Origin: Armatimonadia bacterium
Lineage (GTDB): Bacteria; Armatimonadota; Zipacnadia; Zipacnadales; UBA11051
Reading direction: 5' to 3'
Length of the DNA stretch: 42,584 nt
Assembly (NCBI GenBank): GCA_039683575.1
Contig: JBDKRC010000087.1
Coordinates: 1 to 42,584 of the forward strand
This document shows, piece after piece, positions 18,500-28,331 of this stretch (its first letter is position 1; the number at the start of each line of letters is the position of its first letter). Below the pieces are notes generated by a model that was not told where the DNA came from, did no database searches, and saw only the letters and a program-made list of their open reading frames with translations. The position numbers and the translations under genes are program-made.

Positions 18500-21042
18500 G
18501 TCAGCAGCGCCGTGTCAGTCATCCGATCTACAGCCTTATGCCCGTTGACATCGCGGGCTTTGAGCCCCTGGCCGAACTTGCTTTGGATATGCGCTGGTCG
18601 TGGAATCATGCGACGGACATGATATGGCGACAGCTTGATCCCGAGTTGTGGGAGGTCACGCACAACCCTTGGGTTGTCCTGCAGACGGTCTCGGGCGACC
18701 AGATTGCCCGCGCCTGGGCCGATCCCGCATTCCGCAAAGACGTTGAGGCCCTGGTACAGACGAGACGGCAAGAGATTGGGGCGCCCGCGTGGTTCCAGCA
18801 GAATCATGCGCAGGCTCCCCTGAGCTGCGTCGCGTACTTCAGCATGGAATTCATGCTGAGCGAAGCTTTGCCCATCTACTCGGGCGGGCTGGGCAATGTC
18901 GCCGGCGATCAGCTCAAAGCCGCCAGTGATCTGGGCGTGCCAGTGGTCGCCGTGGGACTGCTGTATCAGCAAGGCTATTTCCGCCAGGTGATCGACAAGG
19001 ATGGAGAGCAGCAGGCACTCTACCCGTACAACGACCCCGGACAGTTGCCGATCACGCCGTTACGCGAGGCGAACGGGGAGTGGTTGCGGCTGGAGATTGC
19101 CCTGCCTGGCTACTCGGTCTGGCTGCGCGCCTGGCAGGTACAGGTCGGCAGAGTGAAACTCTACCTGCTGGACAGCAATGACGCGGAGAACTTCCCCGCG
19201 CATCGAGGGATTACCAGCGAGTTGTACGGGGGCGGGCCGGACCTACGCCTCAAGCAGGAACTGCTGCTCGGGATCGGCGGATGGCGACTGCTGGGTGCGC
19301 TTGGCCTGCAGCCGGAAGTGTGTCACCTCAATGAAGGTCATGCGGCCTTTGCGGTGCTGGAACGTGCCCGCGGTTTCATGGAGGAGACCGGGCAGCCCTT
19401 CGCCGTCGCGCTGGCTGCCACTCGGGCCGGAAACCTCTTCACCACCCACACGGCCGTGGCCGCCGGCTTTGACCGCTTCGCTCCGGCCCTCATCGAGCAA
19501 TACCTCGGCAGTTATGCCAAGGAGGAGCTTGGCATCGCACTCGATGACTTGCTGGCTCTGGGGCGCCAGAATGCGAACGACTCGTCAGAGAGCTTCAACA
19601 TGGCCTACCTGGCCATTCGCAGCAGCGGGGCGGTGAACGGCGTCAGTCGCTTGCATGGGGAGGTCAGCCGGAAGCTCTTCGCGCCGCTCTTCCCGCGCTG
19701 GCCGGCGGACGAGGTGCCCATCGGACATGTGACCAACGGCGTCCACATGCCGAGTTGGGACTCGGCGGAGGCGGACGATCTGTGGACGCAGGCCTGTGGC
19801 AAGGAGCGCTGGCTCGGAACCGGCGGAACCCTGGAGGAGGACATCCACGCCGTCTCCGACGCCAGACTCTGGCAGTTCCGCACCGCCGCGAGCCAGTCTC
19901 TGGTTGAGTACGCGCGCGACCGGTTGTCCCGCCAACTGGACGCCTCCGGCGCGTCGGCGGAGGAGACTGAGGCAGCGAAGCAACTATTCGACCCGAACGC
20001 GCTGACGCTGGGTTTCGCGAGGCGTTTCGCGACCTACAAGAGACCAAACCTGCTGTTGCATGACCGGGAACGCCTGCTGCGCCTGCTGACCAGTGCCCAG
20101 CAGCCGGTGCAGCTCATCATCGCCGGCAAGGCCCATCCGGAGGACCAGGCCGGGCAGGACTTGATCCATGAATGGATCGAGTTCATCCGCCAGCCACAGG
20201 TCCGCCCCCACGTAATCTTCCTGAGCGACTACGACATGCTGTTGACGGAGCACCTGGTGCAAGGGGTGGATGTGTGGATCAATACGCCCCGGCGACCGTG
20301 GGAAGCGTGCGGCACGAGCGGGATGAAAGTGCTGGTCAACGGCGGGCTCAACCTCTCGGAACTGGACGGTTGGTGGGCGGAAGCGTACATGCCTGAAGTG
20401 GGCTGGGCGATGGGCGATGGCCAGGAGCATGACGACGATCCCGCCTGGGATGCCGCCGAAGCCGGAGCACTCTACGATCTGCTCGAGCGGGAGGTGATCC
20501 CGGAGTTTTACGCGCGAGACGACAACGGCATCCCCATCGGCTGGGTCAAGCGTATGCGCGAGAGCATGGCGCAGTTGACGCCGCGCTTCTCTGCCCACCG
20601 CGCGGTGGCCGACTACACCGAGCAGCACTATCTTCCGGCGGCCGTCACCTACCGTGAGCGTGTCGCGAGCAAAGCCGCGGTGGGCCGGCAACTGGTCGCC
20701 TGGCAGGATAGCCTCGAACAGAACTGGACCACGCTGCACTTCGGAAACGTGCAGGTTGAGACACGCGGCGAGCAGCACGTCTACGAGGTTGAGGTCTTCC
20801 TCGGCGACCTCGACCCCGAGGCCGTGCGCGTCGAGCTCTATGCCGATGGGCTCGGGGGCGGCGCCACGGTGCGGCAGGAGATGCAGCGCGTTCGTCCGCT
20901 GGCGGGCGCGCCCGGCGGCTATGCCTACAGCGCGGCCGTGCCCGCCACCCGCCCGCCGGCGGACTACACGCCGCGCGTGGTGCCGCACCACGACGCCGTT
21001 TCGGTGCCCCTGGAGGACGCGCGAATTCTGTGGCAGCGGTGA
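18496..21042 (+). CDS. glgP: Alpha-glucan (glycogen) phosphorylase
   Basis: YFSMEF, YSGGLG.LAGD-like, HLNEGH, ARRFATYKR and EACGTSGMK (PLP lysine). Confidence 0.96.
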   Translation: MSQQRRVSHPIYSLMPVDIAGFEPLAELALDMRWSWNHATDMIWRQLDPELWEVTHNPWVVLQTVSGDQIARAWADPAFRKDVEALVQTRRQEIGAPAWFQQNHAQAPLSCVAYFSMEFMLSEALPIYSGGLGNVAGDQLKAASDLGVPVVAVGLLYQQGYFRQVIDKDGEQQALYPYNDPGQLPITPLREANGEWLRLEIALPGYSVWLRAWQVQVGRVKLYLLDSNDAENFPAHRGITSELYGGGPDLRLKQELLLGIGGWRLLGALGLQPEVCHLNEGHAAFAVLERARGFMEETGQPFAVALAATRAGNLFTTHTAVAAGFDRFAPALIEQYLGSYAKEELGIALDDLLALGRQNANDSSESFNMAYLAIRSSGAVNGVSRLHGEVSRKLFAPLFPRWPADEVPIGHVTNGVHMPSWDSAEADDLWTQACGKERWLGTGGTLEEDIHAVSDARLWQFRTAASQSLVEYARDRLSRQLDASGASAEETEAAKQLFDPNALTLGFARRFATYKRPNLLLHDRERLLRLLTSAQQPVQLIIAGKAHPEDQAGQDLIHEWIEFIRQPQVRPHVIFLSDYDMLLTEHLVQGVDVWINTPRRPWEACGTSGMKVLVNGGLNLSELDGWWAEAYMPEVGWAMGDGQEHDDDPAWDAAEAGALYDLLEREVIPEFYARDDNGIPIGWVKRMRESMAQLTPRFSAHRAVADYTEQHYLPAAVTYRERVASKAAVGRQLVAWQDSLEQNWTTLHFGNVQVETRGEQHVYEVEVFLGDLDPEAVRVELYADGLGGGATVRQEMQRVRPLAGAPGGYAYSAAVPATRPPADYTPRVVPHHDAVSVPLEDARILWQR

Positions 21043-21051
21043 GTCGGCACC

Positions 21052-21225
21052 ATGGCAACGACCCCAGGTAGAGCCGACGCCGCGTCGGTGCCTGCGAGAC
21101 CAGCAGACGCCACCCCCCGGACATCGCCACCGCCTCGGTTCCTGCAACGCTGGCGGCGCTCCATATAAACCTCGACACCGGGCTCACGCTGCGCAGGTGG
21201 ACGTCCTGCGCAAGGGGCACGGTCA
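21052..21225 (+). pseudogene. N-terminal remnant of a P-type (probably H+-transporting, type IIIA) ATPase, cut by IS3
   Basis: DIATASVPATLAALHINLDTGLT, then after a frameshift AAQVDVLRKGHG; this resembles the cation-ATPase N-domain just before GxNE. It ends at the IS3 IR. Confidence 0.5.
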
Positions 21226-21462
21226 TGGCCTGACCCCCTGAAATCGGTCCAGTCGTTGTGTTAGAATAGCACCGGCTGGAGCCTTCTGAAAGGGGTCATT
21301 TTGCATATGCCCAAGAAGCGTTTCACGCCCGAGCAGATCATTGGCAAGCTGCGGGAGGCGGAGGTGGAGCTGGCGAAGGGGGCGACCATCGCCCAGGTCG
21401 CCAAGAAGCTGGAGATCACTGAGCACACGTATTATCGCTGGCGGACAGAGTATGGTGGGATG
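21226..21462 (+). mobile_element. IS3-family remnant (left IR plus truncated orfA)
   Basis: IRL TGGCCTGACCCCCTGAAATCGGTCCAGT at 21226. From ATG 21307: MPKKRFTPEQIIGKLREAEVELAKGATIAQVAKKLEITEHTYYRWRTEYGGM, then interrupted. Confidence 0.85.
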
Positions 21463-21492
21463 TGTAAACGCCGTTCAGAAAGTGCGGCACCC
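21463..21492 (+). mobile_element. Isolated IS21-type terminal repeat
   Basis: TGTAAACGCCGTTCAGAAAGTGCGGCACCC closely matches the IS21 end at 2178-2235. Confidence 0.75.
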
Positions 21493-22510
21493 AGTGCTAC
21501 TGTACATCGGCCCCGCTCCGTGGCGGCGACAAACTCACCCAGTGTTGAACTCTTGCCTGAGCCTGCGGGACCATGCAGGACGATCAGGCCACCGCTGCAG
21601 CGCTCGATAGCATCAACGACTGCTTCTAGAGAGAGGGAAGCAACCAGTTCGGCGTGGGGGTGCAGATGTACGGCGCAGGATTAAGGTCTGAATCGCTAAT
21701 GCCGAGGAGGCCTCGTACATAGTCGGGCGTGATGCTCTGCGCGAACCCGGCCGTGGCCGCCTCCTGGGCGGCAGCCATGAGGTGGTTCACGCCTGCCGCT
21801 GATAATCCGCTATACCATTCCTGGACGAGTAATGAGGCCTCAGCGACGCTCTGCAGAAGGTTGGGCTGACCGAAACCGTCCAACGACAACGCGAGCAGGA
21901 AGCCCGCCGTTTCTTTCGGGTCGTGTAGACCGGTCGCATCCTCCAGTGCTTTCAGTGCCGCCAGCGCATCGTCATCCAGACCGGGGGTGTAGTGGGGGTC
22001 GCATTTGCCCGAAGAAAGGCTGGCTGCATGCTGTCGAAGCGAGGACAGTGCTTGTGCGTCGTCGGCTGCCAGCGGCTGGTTCGACATGATGACCAGCCGC
22101 GATCGCTCGTTGGTCATGTCTTGACCCGAAGCGATGCTGCGCCAATCGGCTGCGATCTTGCCAATGATCGAAGTTTTCCGGCTCTTTCCCCCTCCGCACA
22201 GGCGTGCTAAGGTCCATGGCTTCTCAGGCGCAGCGTAGGAATACCTGATCTGCGTCAGCACAATGGATTTGGCATTCGTGTAGTCGGTACCGCCGTAGAA
22301 CTCAGTCATGTCCGCCGAAATGTAGCGCTCTGCTCCGTCCCCATAGTCACAAACCCCAGCCATACCCTCCATCGTGATTAGACGCAAGTCACTCCTGGGA
22401 TGCAGCATGTCCAGCATCTTCCTGGCGCACCAGAGAAAGTGGTACTGGTCGCCGGCGTTCGAACCCCGCCCTCCACTGCTACTCTGCCCATTCACGTCCT
22501 GTCTTGGCAT
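21493..22510 (-). pseudogene. Truncated and frameshifted Avs3-like nuclease-STAND NTPase
   Basis: ATG 22510, then SNAGDQYHFLWCARKMLDMLHPRSDLRLITMEG...ADMTEFYG...TQIRYS (Cap4-like PD-(D/E)xK-type domain). Past the stop at 21626 another frame gives LIVLHGPAGSGKSST (Walker A, 21549-21572), and the gene is then cut at the IS21 end. Confidence 0.7.
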
Positions 22511-22904
22511 GGCCTCACCTTTCAAGAGCGATAGGCGCGAGCATCCGCGAAAAGCCTTGCGTACGCAGTTGGAGTTTGTGCATGGTTGGGGCGGAACCGA
22601 CACCTGTTCCAAAGTGACAAACGCTCCGTTCCCCGGGAGACATTCCTTCTCGCACTGTCTGGCGATCTCCTGCCAGTGGTATAGGCAGGAACCAGGCCCG
22701 TGGTCGCTGACGGCACTCGCCAGACCGTGTGACGAGCGCGATAGCATCGCCAAAGGCGCGACCGTCCGGACCATGCCGCGCGTCTTCGACGCTCACTCAA
22801 CCCGCGCTGCGACCGGGTAGATCGGGTGGGATTGGCAGCCAAACAAATGCACACGCAGTCATTGAGTGCTTGACGTTCCAGGAAAGACATGGGTCAGACA
22901 GATG

Positions 22905-22951
22905 TTGACATACGTCGTAATGGACATTATGATATGCAAATATCCGCATAT
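22905..22951 (+). promoter_or_regulatory. Sigma70-type promoter with an overlapping ArsR-type inverted repeat
   Basis: TTGACA (22905)-17 bp-TATGAT (22928). ATATGC-N8-GCATAT at 22932-22951. Confidence 0.75.
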
Positions 22952-22970
22952 CCGCATGATAGGTGACATC

Positions 22971-23336
22971 ATGGCACAGATAGAGAAAGCCTCGGAACTG
23001 TTGCAGGCGGTCGCTGATGTGAACCGTCTGCGAATTCTCAAGTGCCTGCAGGTGCGGTCAGCCTGTGTCTCCGAGATCGTACACGCCACTGGCATCCCTC
23101 AGTCGCGGGTCTCGCGACACTTGGGCATGCTGCGCAACGCAGGATTGGTGCGCACCTCGCGTGACGGGCAGTGGGTGGAGTGCGCGTGCGTGGGCGACGA
23201 GGCAACGGAGCAGGTGAGGGCGCTGCTGGATTTTGTTGTGAATTGGGTCGAAAACAGCGATGAGGTCGTGTTGGACCGTGAGGGCTTGGCGAAGGCCACG
23301 CGACAGGCGGGTAGCACCCAGGAAGCGGCGGGGTAA
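22971..23336 (+). CDS. ArsR/SmtB-family transcriptional repressor
   Basis: ADVNRLRIL...ACVSEI...PQSRVSRHL..LRNAGLV...RDGQW. The ATG at 22971 follows AGGTGA. Confidence 0.9.
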   Translation: MAQIEKASELLQAVADVNRLRILKCLQVRSACVSEIVHATGIPQSRVSRHLGMLRNAGLVRTSRDGQWVECACVGDEATEQVRALLDFVVNWVENSDEVVLDREGLAKATRQAGSTQEAAG

Positions 23337-23382
23337 TCGGTGCGCCGGTGCAGCACTCGGAGGCGGGAGAGAGGAAGCAACT

Positions 23383-25982
23383 ATGGCTAACGCAGAGAAG
23401 GCACTCACCCTTGAGACGGTCACGCTCCAGATCGAAGGAATGGAGTGTGGCTGCGAGGGAAGCCTGGTCGAAAGGAAGATGAAGGCACTGGCTGGTGTGC
23501 GGAGCTATGAACTCAACTCGATCACCAGCCAGCTTCGGGTTTCCTACGACCCTGAATTCGCGACCGTCCAGGATATCGTCCGCTCTGTCTCAGAGACGGG
23601 CATGAAAGCCTCAATGGTGAAGGGGCAGCGCCGGCGCAGCACCTGGTGGCGTGAGAAACAGCAACTCGCCCTATATGGGTGCGGTCTTCTCACCCTGATT
23701 GCGTTCGTCTCGGGGACCCTGGGTGCGTTACCGATCGTCAGCAACGGACTCTACATACTCGCGGTGCTCACGGGAGTCTTCTACCCGGCGCGGAAGGCAC
23801 TGATCGCGCTCTTGAACCTCACGCCAACGATCCACCTCCTGATGCTGATTGGCTCCGGCGGCGCTATGATGCTTGGCCTGTGGGCCGAATCAGCCATCCT
23901 GATCTTCGTATATTCGCTCGGCGACGTACTCGAGTCCTACGCGGTGGACAAAGCCCGGGGGCCATCCGATCGCTCATGGAGTTGATGCCCAGGGAAGCGC
24001 TGGTACGCACGAATGGCGGCGAGGTAATCCGCTCGATCGAGGAGATTGCGGTGGGCGATATCGTTGTTGTCCGGCCCGGCGAGCGGATTCCCGTGGACGG
24101 ACGCGTCATCCGCGGCTCGTCCTATGTGGATCAAGCGGCCGTCACAGGTGAGCCAATTCCGGTACGCCGAGAGGCTGGCGGAGAGGTTTTTGCCGGGACC
24201 ATCAACCAGAATGGTTCACTTGAGGTGCAGGTGAGGAAACCGGCCTCCGAGGCTATGCTCTCACGGATCATCTATTCGGTCGAAGAGGCGCAGGCCGAGA
24301 AGACCTCTCTGCAGAGATTCTCTGATTCCTTCGGCAAGTACTACACGCCGGCCATGTTCGTTCTCGGCGTACTGGTTGCGACTTTGCCTCCATTGTTCAT
24401 GGGTGCGGAATGGACACCGTTCATCTATCGCGGGCTGGTTGTCTTCGTGGTCTCTTGCTCCTGCGGCCTCGCCTTGTCGGTCCCCGTGGCCGTCGTCGCC
24501 GCCATGGCCAACGCGGCCCGACATGGAGTGGTCTTCAAAGGTGGCGCTTATCTCGAGGCGGTCGACCGGGTAAAGGCGATGGCCTTCGACAAGACCGGCA
24601 CCCTAACCATTGGGCGACCCACGGTTACGGATGTCCTGGCCTTTGGCGTAGCAGATCAGCATGGAGTTCTGGAGCTTGCCAGTGCGGTAGAGGCGCGGTC
24701 GGGACACCCGCTCGCAGCAGCAATCGTGCGGGAAGCGCGCGAGAGCGGGGCGTTCTCTGGCCAGTCTGTAGATGACTTCCATGAGATGGCCGGGCTTGGC
24801 GTCACGGCCACGGTGCGCGGTAGAGCCTGCGTGGTCGGCAGCCCTCGGTGTCACTTGGAGCAGGGCGTGTCTTCCGCGGAGGCCGAGGAAGCTGTCGCCC
24901 GTCTTGAGGACGAAGGCAAGACGGTGGTGTTGGTGAGCGCCGATGGTCATCTGGCCGGCCTTGTGGCCATTGCTGACACCGCGCGGCCCGGGGCAGTCGA
25001 GGCCCTGCAACGGCTCAAGCGGGCCGGGGTCCGAACCGTGATGCTCACCGGAGACAATGAGCGTAGCGGGCACGCGATCGCTCGTATGGTGGGCGTTGAT
25101 GAGTACTACGCCGCACTTCTGCCTACCGACAAGGTCGACGTGATTCGGAGGTTACGGGAGAAATATGGTCCGGTCGCCATGGTCGGCGACGGCATCAACG
25201 ACGCGCCAGCGATGGCCGTTGCCGACGTAGGCATAGCCATGGGCGCGGCAGGTACGGATATCGCGATCGAGGCAGGGGACGTCGTCCTCATGTCCGACGA
25301 TCTCGCGAAGATCGGCTTTGCTCGAGAACTGTACAGTCGTGCCGTAAAGACGATCCGCCAAAACATCATTGTCTCCCTTGTCAATGTGGCCTTCATGGTG
25401 GTCATGGCGCTGCTCGGTTACCTCGCACTGGTTACAGGGCTGCTGCTTAACGAGGGAAGCGCGCTGTTCGTGATTGCGACTGCCCTTGGCTTGCTGAAGT
25501 GGCAGAGTGTCGGAACCGCGGGGGCCATGGTGCCCCAGACGGCGGCTGTGACGGCTCCTCCAGCGCTTTCGTGTTGTGCGTGCGATGAGCCCGCCTGTGA
25601 CTGTGACGAACCCGTTTGCGCGTGCGAGGAGCGTGACCCCGAGGAACACGCCTCGGCTCCGGCTCTCGACGGGGATGATCTGGCCACAGTGACGTTCCAG
25701 ATCGGCGGCGTATGCTCGTGCGAAATGCAAATAGTTGAAAAGCGAGTGAAGGCCCTCCAAGGTGTGAAGACCCTCAGCCTGAACTCGGTAACCAACCAGA
25801 TCAAGGTTACCCATGACCCCGTGGCCGCATCCGTGGGCGCCATTGAGAGGGCGGTGAAAAAAGCAGGGGCGACGGCCGTGCTGCTTGGGCCTGCCACCAC
25901 CATAGCTGGCCAGCCTTCCAAAGCGGGGCCCTGTTGCGGCGGGGAAAACGAGCCAACTGGTGGCGACAGCTGCTGTCGGTGA
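23383..25982 (+). CDS. P1B-type heavy-metal ATPase with a CSC intramembrane motif and N- and C-terminal HMA-like domains; frameshifted at 23957-23961
   Basis: Joins track ORFs 23260..23985 and 23679..25982. Motifs: GMECGC, TGEP, SCSC, DKTGT, HP, TGD and GDGINDAP. One extra G in the G5 run restores KARGAIRSLM. Confidence 0.88.
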
Positions 25983-26126
25983 GGCAGGGACAGAAGATAC
26001 GGGGTGCACAGACGCGGCTGCACGGGCACCAGAGAGGGTCTCAAGCGACGGTTGTCCTGCCGCGCCGGGGTGTACATCACGGAAAGTGTTTGGGCATAGG
26101 GGAACGCTCTGACTACAACCGGTCGC

Positions 26127-26164
26127 TTGACAGAACTCAAGTAATTGGTTATGTTGCCAAATAG
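26127..26164 (+). promoter_or_regulatory. Promoter and putative ArsR operator (box 1)
   Basis: TTGACA (26127)-17 bp-TATGTT (26150). ATTGGTTATGTTGCCAAATAG at 26144-26164. Confidence 0.65.
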
Positions 26165-26165
26165 T

Positions 26166-26486
26166 ATGACCCAAAACGAAATCTACAAACACAAAGCCCA
26201 GATCATCAAAGCGATGGGACATCCCAGTCGCCTGATGATTATTGACGCCCTGGCCGATGGCGAGAAGTGCGTATGCGAGTTGCAGCAACTCGTCGGCTCC
26301 GACATGTCCACGGTCTCGAAGCATCTTTCGGTGCTACGTAATGCCGGACTGGTAGATGACCGCAAGCAGGGGCTCCAGGTCTTCTACAGCTTGCGGGTGC
26401 CCTGCATCATCAACTTCTTCGGGTGCGTAGAGGCAGTCATGAATCAGCGCACACAGGCCCCGGAGGCATACGCGGCGGCTGAGTGA
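26166..26486 (+). CDS. arsR: ArsR-family repressor with an alpha3 CVC metal(loid) site
   Basis: KAMGHPSRL, GEKCVCEL, STVSKHL..LRNAGLV and a C-terminal PC..NFFGC. Confidence 0.9.
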   Translation: MTQNEIYKHKAQIIKAMGHPSRLMIIDALADGEKCVCELQQLVGSDMSTVSKHLSVLRNAGLVDDRKQGLQVFYSLRVPCIINFFGCVEAVMNQRTQAPEAYAAAE

Positions 26487-26510
26487 GTGACTACTTTTCT
26501 TGTTGCCTAT

Positions 26511-26531
26511 TGTGGTAATTTAGCCAAATAG
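26511..26531 (+). promoter_or_regulatory. Putative ArsR operator (box 2)
   Basis: TGTGGTAATTTAGCCAAATAG aligns without gaps to box 1. Confidence 0.6.
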
Positions 26532-26537
26532 CCAAGT

Positions 26538-26798
26538 ATGGAGATGAAGAACATGAGGATAGAAGTACTGGGCATGGGCTGCACCAAGTGCAAGAAGCTC
26601 GCAGAGTTGACGGCCCAGGCTGTTCAGGAGTTAGGCGTGGAGGCGGAGATCGTGAAGGTTGAGGAAGTCAAAGAGATCATGAAGTACAACGTGCTCAGCA
26701 CGCCGGGGCTGGTGGTGGAAGGGGAATTGAAGGCGGCAGGACGGCTGCCCTCGCTGGACGAGGTCAAGGGCTTCATCCAACAAGCACAGGGAGGCTAA
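26538..26798 (+). CDS. Small redox-active disulfide protein (MTH895-like thioredoxin)
   Basis: IEVLGMGCTKC...YNVLSTPGLVV.G. Confidence 0.9.
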   Translation: MEMKNMRIEVLGMGCTKCKKLAELTAQAVQELGVEAEIVKVEEVKEIMKYNVLSTPGLVVEGELKAAGRLPSLDEVKGFIQQAQGG

Positions 26799-26799
26799 T

Positions 26800-27174
26800 A
26801 TGACTGAGAAACCTGGTTTGATCATGTGCGTGTGCACGGGCAAGTGTCCGGGCTTTGAGAAGATGGACGTCTGGGACTTCATCAACCGGGTCCGGGTGGA
26901 GCTGCCGGTGGAGTATGGCTTCATTCACCCGCAGCTTTGTGAAGAAGACGGCGACCGTTTTCTGGCCGACATGCTGAAGGCCAAGCGCAAGCTGATCGTG
27001 GCGGGGTGTGCGCCGAATATGCAGACCAAGCTGTTTCGCGATGCTTTCGCGGAGGCCGGCATGGACGTGAAGGCGGATCTGGTGCCGCTCGATGTGCGGG
27101 ACATGACGCTGGAGCAGGCGTTTGACAAGGTTGAGAAGGCGCTGGAGGCGATGGGAGTGAGCGCAGATGAGTGA
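26800..27174 (+). CDS. Stand-alone protein resembling the N-terminal domain of heterodisulfide reductase HdrA
   Basis: GLIMCVC...C, HPQLC, IVAGCAP..Q..LF and LDVR pattern. Confidence 0.7.
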   Translation: MTEKPGLIMCVCTGKCPGFEKMDVWDFINRVRVELPVEYGFIHPQLCEEDGDRFLADMLKAKRKLIVAGCAPNMQTKLFRDAFAEAGMDVKADLVPLDVRDMTLEQAFDKVEKALEAMGVSADE

Positions 27175-27457
27175 CGCCACCTTCATGGGTGTGAGCCGCG
27201 AGAAGATTGGCTGGGCCCCGACCATTGACTATAGCAAGTGCAACTTCTGCATGGAGTGCGACGACTTCTGCCCCCACAAGGTGTTCGAGCGGCAGGACGG
27301 TGAGGTCAAGCTGGTAGTGGCTAACGCGAAGAACTGCGTGGTGTTCTGCCGGGCGTGCTCAAAGACCTGCGGCCCCGACGCGATTACCTTCCCCAGTAAG
27401 CCAGAGACCATTGCCGCGATCAAGAAGATCCGCGAGGAAGAGGGCGAGGCTCAGTGA
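27167..27457 (+). CDS. 2x[4Fe-4S] ferredoxin-like protein
   Basis: CNFCMECDDFCP and CVVFCRACSKTCG. Confidence 0.9.
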   Translation: MSDATFMGVSREKIGWAPTIDYSKCNFCMECDDFCPHKVFERQDGEVKLVVANAKNCVVFCRACSKTCGPDAITFPSKPETIAAIKKIREEEGEAQ

Positions 27458-28308
27458 AGTGCGCAGTGCTGGTCTGCAGCGGGTTGGACAAGCCGTTGGG
27501 CTCGCTGGCGCGCGAGGTGGCGTTGTGTGCCGCAGGGCAGGCGGAGTGTGAGATCGTGTGCCCTGTGCTACTCAGCAACTCGCCGGGACGGTATGAAGCT
27601 GTGCTGAAGGACCTGCCGCTGGCGGTGGTAGATGGCTGCGGCACACGTTGTGCGACGAAGCTTGCGACGCAATTGGAGCTTAAGATCACCCGGCGGATGC
27701 TGTTGCCGGAAGCGGTCAAGGAGCTTGGCGAGACCTTTGAGGACAGCCTGCGGCCGGGGCCCAAGGCGCAGGAGTTGGCGCTCAAGCTGGCACTGCAACT
27801 GGTTGCCGACGATGAGGAGCAGGAACCGGCTCCGGAGCTTGAGGCTGTGCTCTTTCCCGAACCTGTCGATTTGCTGAAGGTCACTCACGGAAAGTTCGTT
27901 TTCCCCATTCCGGCCGAGGGATACTTCTTCAACGAAAACGACTGCTGGGTCCAAGTAGTGGGGAGCCGCGCGCGAATCGGCATTAGCGACTATATGCAGC
28001 AGAGCCTGACCGACATCACGTTCTTCGAGGCGCCCGACGTGGGGCGCGCGATCGCGCAGTTCGATGATGCGGGGGCGGTCGAGTCGGCCAAGGCGGTCTT
28101 TGACGTGATCTCGCCGGTCAGCGGCAAGATCGTGGCAGTCAACCCGGTGCTGGATGACACCCCAGAGTTGATCAACGAGCAGCCTTACACGGGCGGCTGG
28201 CTGGTGGAATTGGAACTGGCGGACTTCGATGCCGACCGAGAGTTGCTGCTGACAGCCGAAGAGTACGCGGTGAAGGTGAAGCAGAAGGCGGCAGAAGCTT
28301 CCGCCTAA
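27454..28308 (+). CDS. Fusion of a DGC (putative Zn-binding) domain and a glycine-cleavage H-like lipoyl domain
   Basis: N-terminal CSG...C...VDGCGTRCA. C-terminal WV....ARIGISDY.Q..L.DI, VESAKAV (lipoyl Lys), SPVSG.I..VN..L...PELIN..PY..GWL. Confidence 0.88.
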   Translation: MKCAVLVCSGLDKPLGSLAREVALCAAGQAECEIVCPVLLSNSPGRYEAVLKDLPLAVVDGCGTRCATKLATQLELKITRRMLLPEAVKELGETFEDSLRPGPKAQELALKLALQLVADDEEQEPAPELEAVLFPEPVDLLKVTHGKFVFPIPAEGYFFNENDCWVQVVGSRARIGISDYMQQSLTDITFFEAPDVGRAIAQFDDAGAVESAKAVFDVISPVSGKIVAVNPVLDDTPELINEQPYTGGWLVELELADFDADRELLLTAEEYAVKVKQKAAEASA

Positions 28309-28331
28309 ACAGAAAGAAGGCAGTGTAGCAA

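Noticed and set aside
21301-21684. Intact 127-aa transposase ORF
   Set aside because: Only the first ~52 codons are IS3 orfA; the rest is read-through across the IS21 end and the antisense strand of the Avs-like remnant.
27454-28308. Canonical glycine cleavage system gcvH
   Set aside because: The domain is fused to DGC and no gcvT/gcvP is nearby, so the symbol was not assigned.
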